IMG/VR virus record: IMGVR_UViG_3300033463_000005
Location: 1 to 64,000 of that record
Length of the DNA stretch: 64,000 nucleotides
Origin: a virus
Taxonomy: Duplodnaviria > Caudoviricetes
Strand: one strand, 5' to 3'
Below, one piece after another: positions 10,476 to 19,204 of the stretch. The position numbers and the translations under genes are program-made. The notes below the pieces were generated by a model that saw nothing but the letters and a program-made list of their open reading frames with translations, searched no databases and had not been told where the DNA came from. Within the stretch, counting starts at the first letter, position 1. Each line of letters opens with the position of its first letter.

Positions 10476-11114
10476 ATGATTGGCAACTATCAAAATCGTG
10501 TCCTGAGTCCGGCTGAAGTGATTGATTATTCCGCGGAGATGATCAATGGATTCATGCCGGAACACTTGCACCAGGAACCAATGGTCGGTTTCAAGGTCCT
10601 GTGTAAAGATCTGAATGCGTATTCTATGACGCAGGCAGATCGTTTCCAGTTGATTGAAAGAAACATTGGCTTCTTGAATCAGAGTGGATGTGTTATCCGG
10701 GAAGCACATCTCAACGAAGCACCGGATGGCTTTTGGGTCATCACATTCCCGGTTCCGCAGTCACAGCTGATGCGTCAGTTGAATTCTCTGATGAATATTC
10801 TGGGATTCATGGCGAATCAGTTCGGAATCGTTTCAACCGATGTATGTGAAATCAATGTATCCGGAAGATGTGGTATGGCAGAAACGGAAGCACGTCTTGC
10901 AAATATCTGCATTCCGCCACAGTATGGATATGCGTTGGTTGAACCGCAAAACACACCGTATAAAATGGGACATGTTCTGAGAATCAATGAAGAGTTCATT
11001 CTTCTGCGAACCATGTGGGACTTCTCTCGTAATCGTACGAATCCTGGTAAGGTTTCAAATCGGTATACAGAGCTCACAATTATCCCGCAGCTTCTCATGA
11101 ACGCGTTTCATTAA
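10476..11114 (+). CDS. Hypothetical protein, possible inactive amidoligase-fold (COOH-NH2 ligase) homolog
   Basis: Motif order VGFKVL / DGFWVITFP / TDVCEINVS / FILLR parallels FGxELE / GFExVTHP / CGLHVHVS / TIEFR, with the catalytic residues replaced. Confidence 0.45.
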   Translation: MIGNYQNRVLSPAEVIDYSAEMINGFMPEHLHQEPMVGFKVLCKDLNAYSMTQADRFQLIERNIGFLNQSGCVIREAHLNEAPDGFWVITFPVPQSQLMRQLNSLMNILGFMANQFGIVSTDVCEINVSGRCGMAETEARLANICIPPQYGYALVEPQNTPYKMGHVLRINEEFILLRTMWDFSRNRTNPGKVSNRYTELTIIPQLLMNAFH

Positions 11115-11133
11115 TTAAAAGGAGGAACACATT

Positions 11134-11826
11134 ATGGCAATCTTCAATCCAAATCCGGATCCGGATTATCCGGTTCTGAACGGTCCTGGTTTCATCCAGC
11201 ACACCTACAATCAGCCGTTGGCTCAACAGCAGCAGTTCTATTATAATGGACAGGCCGTTGTTCCGACGATGGTTCCGGCACAGCCCGCTATGCCGATGAT
11301 GGGGAGCATGAATCCGATGGATCAGTCCAGACGGTATGATGCACAGCCGACACCGATGATGGTTCCGGCGCAACAGGCACAGCAGCCGACATTCGGTTTC
11401 AATCAGTTGGCAGAACAGTCCAGACGGAATATGACGACGATTCCGAACCCGGCTCCCCAGCCTGTTCAGACTCCTGCAACAACTACATCGCCGTGGGCTG
11501 TTCAGACACAGCCTGTTCAGGTTCCCGCTATGACACCGCAGTTTGCACCTCAGCAGGCACAGCCGGCATCCATGTATGATCCGAGATATTCCGCAATCTA
11601 TAACTGTCATCCGTCTATTGACAGAAAGTCTGGTGTGTGGGGTGTTCAGGAAGTGTATACACCGTGCATGGCTCCGAGTGTGAATTGGAATGCAATGCAG
11701 ACAGCCGCACCGGCACAGTATCCCCAGATGACATATCCGGCAGTGTATCAGTATCCGCAGCAGGTACAGCAGCCGATGCAGACAAACTGGGAGCAGATTG
11801 CTAAGCAGACATGGGGCAACCAGTAA
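11134..11826 (+). CDS. P/Q/M/Y-rich intrinsically disordered protein
   Basis: AAGGAGG RBS; composition dominated by Q, P, A, T, M and Y. Confidence 0.8.
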   Translation: MAIFNPNPDPDYPVLNGPGFIQHTYNQPLAQQQQFYYNGQAVVPTMVPAQPAMPMMGSMNPMDQSRRYDAQPTPMMVPAQQAQQPTFGFNQLAEQSRRNMTTIPNPAPQPVQTPATTTSPWAVQTQPVQVPAMTPQFAPQQAQPASMYDPRYSAIYNCHPSIDRKSGVWGVQEVYTPCMAPSVNWNAMQTAAPAQYPQMTYPAVYQYPQQVQQPMQTNWEQIAKQTWGNQ

Positions 11827-11844
11827 CAATGGAGGAAAGTCACA

Positions 11845-12675
11845 ATGCTCGTGAAATATCGATCGAGATTGTGTGAACTTCCGAAGAATGTACGTGAAGG
11901 GTTGGGTGAAGTGTCATATCAAATTGGTATGACACCATCTGCCCGCAGGGAGCGCTGTATCAATGTATTGAAAGAAAACAATATTCCGTTTAAAGATATC
12001 GGAACCGGAACAAACAGGTTCATTATCAAATATGACGGATATGTGATCAAGATTGCATTGGACCAAGAGGGTGTTGCGGACAATAAACAAGAATGGGTCA
12101 TGTCATCTATTCTCGCACCACATGTTGCGCCCGCACATGAAATTAGTAGAGGAGGCCACCTGTTGGTGGCCTCATACGCTCCCGCATTTTCATCATATTC
12201 GGAATTCATATCATACCGTTCAGACATATCCAGTATCTTGGAAAGATGGGGTGCTAGATATCTGCTTGGCGATGTCGGTATCACACAGATTAATTATGCG
12301 AACTGGGGAATGCTATGTGGTAAACCGGTTTGCATTGATTATGCATATATCTTTCCGGTATCCATGGATGTGTTTACATGCGTCTGTGGAAATAAGGAAA
12401 TGTCATTCGCAGACAATTCTTTTACAACATACAAATGCACGAATCCAAAATGTGGCATGACATATACAGACCGTGATTTACGTGCAAAAATATCAAATGA
12501 AGAACGGTTAACATTATTTCAAAATGTGTCCGAAAATGCAATTGCGATGACAGAACCTGTTAAAACCATGGAAGTATCTGATCTATTGATTGAAAGAGAC
12601 ATCGATCCGGATATGCCGGATCCATACAAGGTGTCCGATGCTGTCAATCAAGCATGGGGATATCCGAAATTATAA
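11845..12675 (+). CDS. Protein kinase-like protein with C-terminal Zn ribbon
   Basis: IGTGTNR (Gly loop), VIKIA (Lys), NKQE (helix C Glu), GDV...NWG (catalytic loop), IDYAY (DFG equivalent); CVCG...CTNPKC. Confidence 0.75.
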   Translation: MLVKYRSRLCELPKNVREGLGEVSYQIGMTPSARRERCINVLKENNIPFKDIGTGTNRFIIKYDGYVIKIALDQEGVADNKQEWVMSSILAPHVAPAHEISRGGHLLVASYAPAFSSYSEFISYRSDISSILERWGARYLLGDVGITQINYANWGMLCGKPVCIDYAYIFPVSMDVFTCVCGNKEMSFADNSFTTYKCTNPKCGMTYTDRDLRAKISNEERLTLFQNVSENAIAMTEPVKTMEVSDLLIERDIDPDMPDPYKVSDAVNQAWGYPKL

Positions 12676-12687
12676 AGGAGGATTATA

Positions 12688-13257
12688 ATGAAATATCAAA
12701 AACTGATCAATCCGAATTTTAACATCAGCAACATTCCGGAAGAAGAAACTCTTCCGGAAGAGCCTACAACTGTAGTTGATGATGCTGAACCGACGGTCGC
12801 ACTCGTGACAACATCCACCGATTCTACTGATGTTATCTGTGACCCGAATCCGAATCCAATTGCAACAGGTGATGAATACAAACCGATTCTGACAATTGAT
12901 CAAGTCAATGAGCTGATGCAAAAGCTTGACTATTATCGGACTGAAATCTTCGACAATAAGATTCCATTGAAGCATCAGCAAGAATCCCGTACCATGTGGA
13001 ATATTCCACTGGAAATTATCAAGGGTATGTGGGATGCTGACAACAGAAGCGATGTACCGGAAGTATTGAATCCGGCAATTCTCGTGTACATGTTGGCTGC
13101 CGAAAATCCGTATGCTGCAATGGGATATTACATGCAGAAGATTCAGGAACTGATTCTTGAAAATCAGCAGTACATTGATGATGATGCATTGAGTTATGTT
13201 GCTGATCTGATGGATGGTGAGACTTCAGAAGACGAGGAGGATGACCATGTCGAATGA
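12688..13257 (+). CDS. Acidic hypothetical protein
   Basis: 189 aa, AAGGAGG RBS. Confidence 0.7.
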   Translation: MKYQKLINPNFNISNIPEEETLPEEPTTVVDDAEPTVALVTTSTDSTDVICDPNPNPIATGDEYKPILTIDQVNELMQKLDYYRTEIFDNKIPLKHQQESRTMWNIPLEIIKGMWDADNRSDVPEVLNPAILVYMLAAENPYAAMGYYMQKIQELILENQQYIDDDALSYVADLMDGETSEDEEDDHVE

Positions 13258-13906
13258 TATCAGGGTGTCGGGTACACCGATTTCATACGGCGATGGTGCA
13301 ACACGGAATTCCAAGGAGGGAAAGGGTCGTTTCGACCTGATCCCTCCGGGACCGTATAGCATTCTTTTAAGCCGTTTAATTTTTTTATGTGAACATGATC
13401 AAAAGATTCCATGTTATCCAATGGAAAAAATATATGCATTGGCATTTGTTGATAAGAATTATGTGGACACCATTCTTGCATTAACTGCAAAACATTATAT
13501 TGAAACGCATGCTGTTAAAGTATCCAAAAATTTTGATGGGATGGTAGATCATGATGCCATCATGCTCGGTTGGTGGGAAATGTTATATGCATTGGCACAA
13601 CATTTCCAGAAAGGTGCCGAGATATATGGTCCACATAATTGTGAAAAAGGGATTCCTGCATGGAGTTTTCAGGATTCTGGTTTGAGACATATGTCGCAGT
13701 ATTTGAATGGTGAAAAAGATGAACCACACTGGATCTCTGCAATCTGGAATTTCTGGATGTTACTATGGACTGAATTGAAAGAGTTCGAAACAGCGATTGA
13801 TACAGTAAAGCAGGAAATGGTGAAGACAAATCAGGAGGTTGAAAACAAAGATTTGAAATTCTCCATGAATGTGAATAATAATATATTCTTTAAAAATAAT
13901 AATTGA
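13247..13906 (+). CDS. dATP/dGTP diphosphohydrolase domain protein (DUF5664-like)
   Basis: GATRNSKEGKGRFDLIP and HFQKGAEIYGPHNCEKGIP...LRH...DEPHWISAIWN motifs; start ATG 13247 after GGAGG. Confidence 0.8.
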   Translation: MSNDIRVSGTPISYGDGATRNSKEGKGRFDLIPPGPYSILLSRLIFLCEHDQKIPCYPMEKIYALAFVDKNYVDTILALTAKHYIETHAVKVSKNFDGMVDHDAIMLGWWEMLYALAQHFQKGAEIYGPHNCEKGIPAWSFQDSGLRHMSQYLNGEKDEPHWISAIWNFWMLLWTELKEFETAIDTVKQEMVKTNQEVENKDLKFSMNVNNNIFFKNNN

Positions 13907-13943
13907 TACATATATGATTTCTCTGAAGGGAGAGTGATCTTAT

Positions 13944-14867
13944 ATGATCTTTTGCTCAAGAAGAGTATTTCTCAATGTATTAACCCAGTTGATGGATTTG
14001 GATACATTGTTGAATGCAAACTATTTTCTAGTTGATCAAACAAAACCAACCGGGTATGCATCCATTGAGGATTATCCAACTCCGTTTATGTCACAGAGTG
14101 GTGAGATCACATATAACTCGGGTCTATCATTGGATTTCTCACAGCAGGTTCAATCCATCAGCAAATATTTCGTAACATATTCCAATGTGTTCGAAACCGC
14201 ACCATTCTTTTCTATCACAACAGCATCATTGCGGAATGATTTTGCAACACCGGTAGAACGATTTGTACATCATCTGAAAATGACCGATACGCAGATTAGT
14301 GTATATGATACGTTGTTCAATGTTCAATTACAGGGAAATGGTTTGCAGATTCTGATTATGAAAGATGATGTTGGATGCGAGCAATTCGGAAATATCATCT
14401 GCAGTTATTTGGCAGAGGTGTTCGGTGCGGATGTCACATTCATTGATCCGAAGTATCGTCCAAAGACAAAAGGGCAATTGCAATATATTGGCAATAAAGA
14501 ATTTGCAAAGCAACATATCATGGAATTGCGGGATCATAAGCTGCGGGCAAATATTCAACTCATGATTGATACTGCGGGATATGGCGATGGATTAAATAAT
14601 CTGATGCAATTTCTCAATAATACGGATTTGAGTATGGATGATTTGTTCCATGTGTATAATATCATATTCCCGAATGCCCCATTGCCGCCGGGAAATTATA
14701 CACGTGATCATTTGATTCATATCATCACGGGTCAAATCCTGGATTCAACTGGACGGAGAAAAGAAATAACGGAATTACAAAATCTCGGGACATCCTTCTA
14801 TGCATTCGATCAAATGATCGATGATTACAGTAAAATGATCGAAGAAGACTTTTCAGATATATCATAA
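13944..14867 (+). CDS. Hypothetical protein
   Basis: 307-aa ORF with its own early-type promoter (13911) and terminator. Confidence 0.75.
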   Translation: MIFCSRRVFLNVLTQLMDLDTLLNANYFLVDQTKPTGYASIEDYPTPFMSQSGEITYNSGLSLDFSQQVQSISKYFVTYSNVFETAPFFSITTASLRNDFATPVERFVHHLKMTDTQISVYDTLFNVQLQGNGLQILIMKDDVGCEQFGNIICSYLAEVFGADVTFIDPKYRPKTKGQLQYIGNKEFAKQHIMELRDHKLRANIQLMIDTAGYGDGLNNLMQFLNNTDLSMDDLFHVYNIIFPNAPLPPGNYTRDHLIHIITGQILDSTGRRKEITELQNLGTSFYAFDQMIDDYSKMIEEDFSDIS

Positions 14868-14891
14868 ACATGGGGGCATTGCCCCCATGTT
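14867..14891. terminator. GGGGGC-loop-GCCCCC terminator family (representative copy)
   Basis: AACATGGGGGC-ATT-GCCCCCATGTT plus T tract. Related copies near 18958, 22584, 26236, 34943, 35847, 38394, 40774, 45797, 50891, 52036, 53869, 54258, 59928 and 61238, several of them between convergent genes. Confidence 0.85.
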
Positions 14892-14912
14892 TTTTTGTTC
14901 ACGTTTCTTAAA

Positions 14913-14924
14913 AACGAATTCGTA
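14913..14924 (+). promoter_or_regulatory. Late-type promoter motif NAC(A/G)-N6-TA (representative copy AACG-AATTCG-TA)
   Basis: Also + 7673, 34743, 43926, 54479, 61286; - 50858, 52009, 53611, 54415. Matches the AR9 non-virion RNAP consensus AACA-N6-TA/G. The motif is short, so single hits are weak. Confidence 0.6.
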
Positions 14925-14951
14925 ACAATTTCTACGTAAGGAGGAATTTTT

Positions 14952-17921
14952 ATGAACAATCTTCAATTGATGAAAAACCAAAAGAAGAATGCAATGAGCG
15001 AATATTTGTTGAAGATTCAAATCATTGTAACACATACAGAATTCAAGAACAAAGATGAAGCGGATAAATATGAAACATTGGATTCCAGATTGAATGGAGA
15101 TAAATATTGTCGCGCGATGAATCATACTGACATATTTGAATCTTATGAATACAACCCAATTGTCATATATCAAACGTTGATAGAATATGGGTTTGATGAT
15201 CAACAGGCACAGCGAATGTTGCATGATTTGAATATCATTCCATATCCAATCAAACAGAAACTGATGGTATCTGCAAGGGAACAATTCATTGCATCATATA
15301 CGGAACCAAACCCATACTATGTGATGTTAACCGGCAAACCATTCCAAGGAACCACACAACTTCCGCCGGAGCATGTTGTCACAATCCCGGATGAATTTTA
15401 CAACATTTATCAGAATGAACATGTGATATCACGCAATCAAGCGATTCATGAATTACCACCAAAATATCAGGAATTGTTCATGAATTCAAAATACTATCAA
15501 CAAGTATTGGACGAAAATCCAAATCATCCGTATCTAAAATACATTGGTTCCAATGCGATTCCGATTCATGTCGCGAGAAAAGCACATGACGGGGATATTA
15601 TGAAAATCAATACGGATCATCTGACGATGTCACATCCGGTATTTGGTAATGTGTCGGTTGAATCGGATTTGATTCATCTGTTCACAAACGTTTATCAAGA
15701 TACGCACAAATACATTTACCAAACATTACGCGGTGACTTCAATGACATCTATCCAAATTACAATTCGTTTATTCGGTTCTTGACGATTTACATGGCAATC
15801 GGTGGCTGCATGAATGAATTGATGAAAAAATCAACGTCCATGATTTACATGAATCAAACAACAGCAAATGATTTCTTCATGCTGTATGGATTACCATCCG
15901 TCATCATGTCAGGTCAATCCATGATTTCATTCCTGAAACAATTCCGATTGATTCTGATGGACAAAGGAACGAACATCGTATATCGTGTGAAAGATTTGAT
16001 TGGATACGAGTACACGGATATCTATACACTTGTCATGGTAAAACAACAAGTGTTTGAACAAGGTAAACCGAAATTCATTGAGAAAGATGGCGAACGTGTA
16101 CCGGTACAAGAAATTGTATTCCGTCGATTGGGAACGACTGCGGACAATACATCATATTTCAAATACCGTGATTCGGATATATCATATCCATGGGAAACGA
16201 TTGCATCCGGTGATCCGCGTTGGTGGAATACACCCGAGATGGAATCGATTCTCAATGACATGAATTACACATTATCCAATTCGAAATATATTCAATTGTC
16301 AACACACCTATCCATGTCGGATATTTATTGGCAATGCGTCATTTTGATTCGTGGTTTATTGGATAATCGAAATGAAACCCAGTATACAAATATCGCGTTA
16401 TCCACCATGATCAATGGAAAAAGTGAAATGTCCATATTTGAGGCAGTATTGATTCTGGAAATTTTGATGAATTGGCAGATTACGACTGCGCGTGGAGATT
16501 CATTGCGTGGTGACATGTATTTGCCAAATGGAAGATTCAATGGAGCTGCTGCATGTCTGGATATGTTATTCAACGGATTACAATACTATGATCCCGTGTT
16601 GTATCCGGATGTTACCCAAGAACAAGATGGTTTACCAAATCCATTGATCGAAGGTCTCCCATATAAAGTGTCATCATTCAATTTCAATTTACGAACGGAT
16701 GACAATGATTTCTATCAAAGCATTCAGTATATGGAATACTTGGAACCAGAAACGTTGTATTCAATGTTGGATCGTATTTATGACAGAAATGAAAATAATG
16801 TCGGATCCGTATTAATGGGAGATGTGAAAAAAGTATTTTCGTTCTTGGAAACGAAACTGCAACAAGCATCCAATATCCATGAATTCCGTCAAGTGACTGA
16901 AGCTTATAATCATCTATTCCTGGTTGATCCAAATCGAAATTGGTATGACGAGGGAACCATTAATGTTGATGCATATCTCACGGAAGCATATCAGTTGTCG
17001 TATAATGAATTGACACAATTGAAAACATTCTTTGAACCAAATCATGAAGACCTGACAATTGAGTATCAGAATGAAACATTCCCAATCTCCATATATAATA
17101 TCATGAACGAAGATGCATACACATTGGAAATTAATGGAACCTATCCGTTCCAGCAGAATCAATTTGTTTCATTATTCCAAACTGCAATGGATACATATCA
17201 ATCAGAAGCATTTATTTCTGCTCGCGGTATTTCATCCAGTTTGAAGAATGTGTATACGGATGTCATTGTTGACAAAGTGATTTTGGATACTGGTAATAAT
17301 CTACTTGGTCCAAAAACATTTGACGCATTGTTGTTCCGTATGGATGCATCTACATATCGTTATCTTGTATCATTGAAATCAAATCCGGATATGATGCTGA
17401 TGACAGTTCGTTCGATTGTGAAATCATTGGAAAGTTATGTGAATACATCGTTATCTGGTTTGGAATTCAAAGCACTTGGAGAAGATAACTATTTTGACAT
17501 TCTGAAACAAGTTATTGGATATTTCAAATCATACATGGTTGAATACACGAAAGATGAATTTGTGTATATCTTTGATGGATTATTTGACCATGGTGGAAAT
17601 TCAAATATGTTGAATCTATATGATGAGATCTCACATGGGTTATTACGTGTCATTCCAAAAGATTCCTTAACATTACATGATGCATCACATGCATTACGTG
17701 GATATGGTATGGAAGACTATGGACTTCGGTCATTGTATGATGAAGCACAAGTTCATCGTCGTGTAACATACAAAAAAATCAAGGAATTGGGCTATGACAT
17801 CATATTTGACACTGGTAAGAAGTTGACACAAACTCCCGATAATCTTCCGGATGACAATGACAAAGTTGAATTCTCATTGTATCAGACAGGAAACACATAT
17901 CAAGTCAGAATTTATTTATAA
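14952..17921 (+). CDS. Virion structural protein, baseplate wedge-like
   Basis: 989 aa; YTEPNPYYVMLTG, ILMDKGT, DPRWW and VIGYFKSY recall large baseplate proteins of phiKZ/AR9-like phages; late-type promoter. Confidence 0.6.
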   Translation: MNNLQLMKNQKKNAMSEYLLKIQIIVTHTEFKNKDEADKYETLDSRLNGDKYCRAMNHTDIFESYEYNPIVIYQTLIEYGFDDQQAQRMLHDLNIIPYPIKQKLMVSAREQFIASYTEPNPYYVMLTGKPFQGTTQLPPEHVVTIPDEFYNIYQNEHVISRNQAIHELPPKYQELFMNSKYYQQVLDENPNHPYLKYIGSNAIPIHVARKAHDGDIMKINTDHLTMSHPVFGNVSVESDLIHLFTNVYQDTHKYIYQTLRGDFNDIYPNYNSFIRFLTIYMAIGGCMNELMKKSTSMIYMNQTTANDFFMLYGLPSVIMSGQSMISFLKQFRLILMDKGTNIVYRVKDLIGYEYTDIYTLVMVKQQVFEQGKPKFIEKDGERVPVQEIVFRRLGTTADNTSYFKYRDSDISYPWETIASGDPRWWNTPEMESILNDMNYTLSNSKYIQLSTHLSMSDIYWQCVILIRGLLDNRNETQYTNIALSTMINGKSEMSIFEAVLILEILMNWQITTARGDSLRGDMYLPNGRFNGAAACLDMLFNGLQYYDPVLYPDVTQEQDGLPNPLIEGLPYKVSSFNFNLRTDDNDFYQSIQYMEYLEPETLYSMLDRIYDRNENNVGSVLMGDVKKVFSFLETKLQQASNIHEFRQVTEAYNHLFLVDPNRNWYDEGTINVDAYLTEAYQLSYNELTQLKTFFEPNHEDLTIEYQNETFPISIYNIMNEDAYTLEINGTYPFQQNQFVSLFQTAMDTYQSEAFISARGISSSLKNVYTDVIVDKVILDTGNNLLGPKTFDALLFRMDASTYRYLVSLKSNPDMMLMTVRSIVKSLESYVNTSLSGLEFKALGEDNYFDILKQVIGYFKSYMVEYTKDEFVYIFDGLFDHGGNSNMLNLYDEISHGLLRVIPKDSLTLHDASHALRGYGMEDYGLRSLYDEAQVHRRVTYKKIKELGYDIIFDTGKKLTQTPDNLPDDNDKVEFSLYQTGNTYQVRIYL

Positions 17922-17930
17922 ACAAAAAAA

Positions 17931-17958
17931 GAGAAGCGCGGGGTCACCCGCGCTTCTC
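17931..17958. terminator. Terminator between convergent genes
   Basis: GAGAAGCGCGGG-GTCA-CCCGCGCTTCTC with an A tract on the left (U tract on the minus strand). Confidence 0.8.
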
Positions 17959-18363
17959 AACCTCGTCGACCCGGACTTTCCATGTCCGGGTCTTCTTCCG
18001 TTTTTGGATGACGATGTACTCGCCATCCAAACTTTTAATTTTGTAATTCCCAGGGCGGATGACAAATCCGCCCTGGGAAATCACTCCGTCGGGAACGAAA
18101 ACTGTGTCCCCAACGGAGTATATACAGTGGGCATCAGAGTCTTCCGACTCGACGCCCACTGCTTCTGCATCGATGGTCGTGCTGTCGTCAGCAACGACAG
18201 CATTAACCTCACCGCACGTATTTTTGAAGTCACGCGCGGCGCTCATGGACTCGTAAACGGCGTCCATGACTTTTCTATTCTGGTGGACCTGGCGTCCACC
18301 AAAAAGCGCACCACCAAGCAGTGCGCCAGTTGCTGCCGATGCAGCAATCGCGATCAACATCAT
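17944..18363 (-). CDS. Small protein with N-terminal membrane anchor (early GC-rich operon)
   Basis: AAAGGAGG RBS; hydrophobic GxxxG-rich N-terminus. Confidence 0.75.
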   Translation of the reverse strand: MMLIAIAASAATGALLGGALFGGRQVHQNRKVMDAVYESMSAARDFKNTCGEVNAVVADDSTTIDAEAVGVESEDSDAHCIYSVGDTVFVPDGVISQGGFVIRPGNYKIKSLDGEYIVIQKRKKTRTWKVRVDEVEKRG

Positions 18364-18485
18364 CTGATTACCTCCTTTGTGTGACTGGCTTTATGGCGGA
18401 TAACCACAAGCCAGTCTTCGATCTCCTCGATACTCACATCCCCACCATCAGGCGGGGATGCGTTTTTTCGGTGGGGGCAGAGCAT
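18360..18485 (-). CDS. 41-aa ORF not in the track (MLCPHRKNASPPDGGDVSIEEIEDWLVVIRHKASHTKEVIR)
   Basis: Fills the gap between two genes; GGGGGTG RBS-like site; its TGA overlaps the next ATG (ATGA coupling). Confidence 0.55.
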   Translation of the reverse strand: MLCPHRKNASPPDGGDVSIEEIEDWLVVIRHKASHTKEVIR

Positions 18486-18489
18486 TGGC

Positions 18490-18792
18490 TCACACCCCCA
18501 GATCATCGATCATTTCTGCCGGCATCTCTGCCAGCAGATCTTCCTGCTGTTCCGGCGTTGGGCTAGTGGGCTCAGTACTCCCACCGGAGCTTTCACGGCT
18601 CTGTGCGTATGCATACGCACAGCCTGCTGCGGCGCCGATTGCGGCACCGATCAGCAGCCCCTTGCATGTTGCGCGGAGGGTATCTTTTCTGCCCTCCGCT
18701 TTGCAGGCCTTGATGTAGGCCTGCTCTTCCTCGGTGAGAATGGTTTCCCTCGGCTGCTCTTCAGCAGACTCCTTCTTCCAAAACCATTTCAT
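18490..18792 (-). CDS. Small single-pass membrane protein
   Basis: GAAAGGGGAG RBS; GLLIGAAIGAAAG helix. Confidence 0.75.
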   Translation of the reverse strand: MKWFWKKESAEEQPRETILTEEEQAYIKACKAEGRKDTLRATCKGLLIGAAIGAAAGCAYAYAQSRESSGGSTEPTSPTPEQQEDLLAEMPAEMIDDLGV

Positions 18793-18994
18793 GATATACT
18801 CCCCTTTCTGTCCCTATTAGGGACACTTAAAATTGGATTTCGAATCAACGACAATGATATTCGTTATGATCCACCGCTATCACCTGGGGATCAATTGAAT
18901 ACCATCATCTTGTATTCATATTAATAATATATATATGAAAATATAAAAAAATAGATATATGTGGGGGCTTAAGCCCCCACATACAATTCATACA

Positions 18995-19204
18995 TCAACG
19001 AACAGAATAGTTCATCTGATACTTTGCCCAGAATGCTGCTGGGTCTTTGATCAGTAAATCAATTTCCTGCGGGGTTCGACATGTCACCAGATATACACTA
19101 TTATCTGGGATTGTTAGTTTGTACCAAGTTCCTTTGAAATCTTGATTGACAAATTCATATCGATATCCATTCACAGTTCCTTGAAGCGGCATCACGGTTG
19201 CCAT
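18995..19204 (-). CDS. Small hypothetical protein
   Basis: Coupled to the sbcC-like stop (TAATG); GGGAGG RBS. Confidence 0.7.
   Translation of the reverse strand: MATVMPLQGTVNGYRYEFVNQDFKGTWYKLTIPDNSVYLVTCRTPQEIDLLIKDPAAFWAKYQMNYSVR

Noticed and set aside
17931-18800. Integrated RNA-virus or transposon fragment as the cause of the GC-rich structured island
   Set aside because: No replicase or transposase motifs and no terminal repeats. The island uses the phage's own promoter and RBS style.
19009-19020. 12-nt match to the 5' end of sRNA C; similar 10-13 nt matches at 2609, 45375 and 53740
   Set aside because: Matches of this length are expected by chance in 64 kb.
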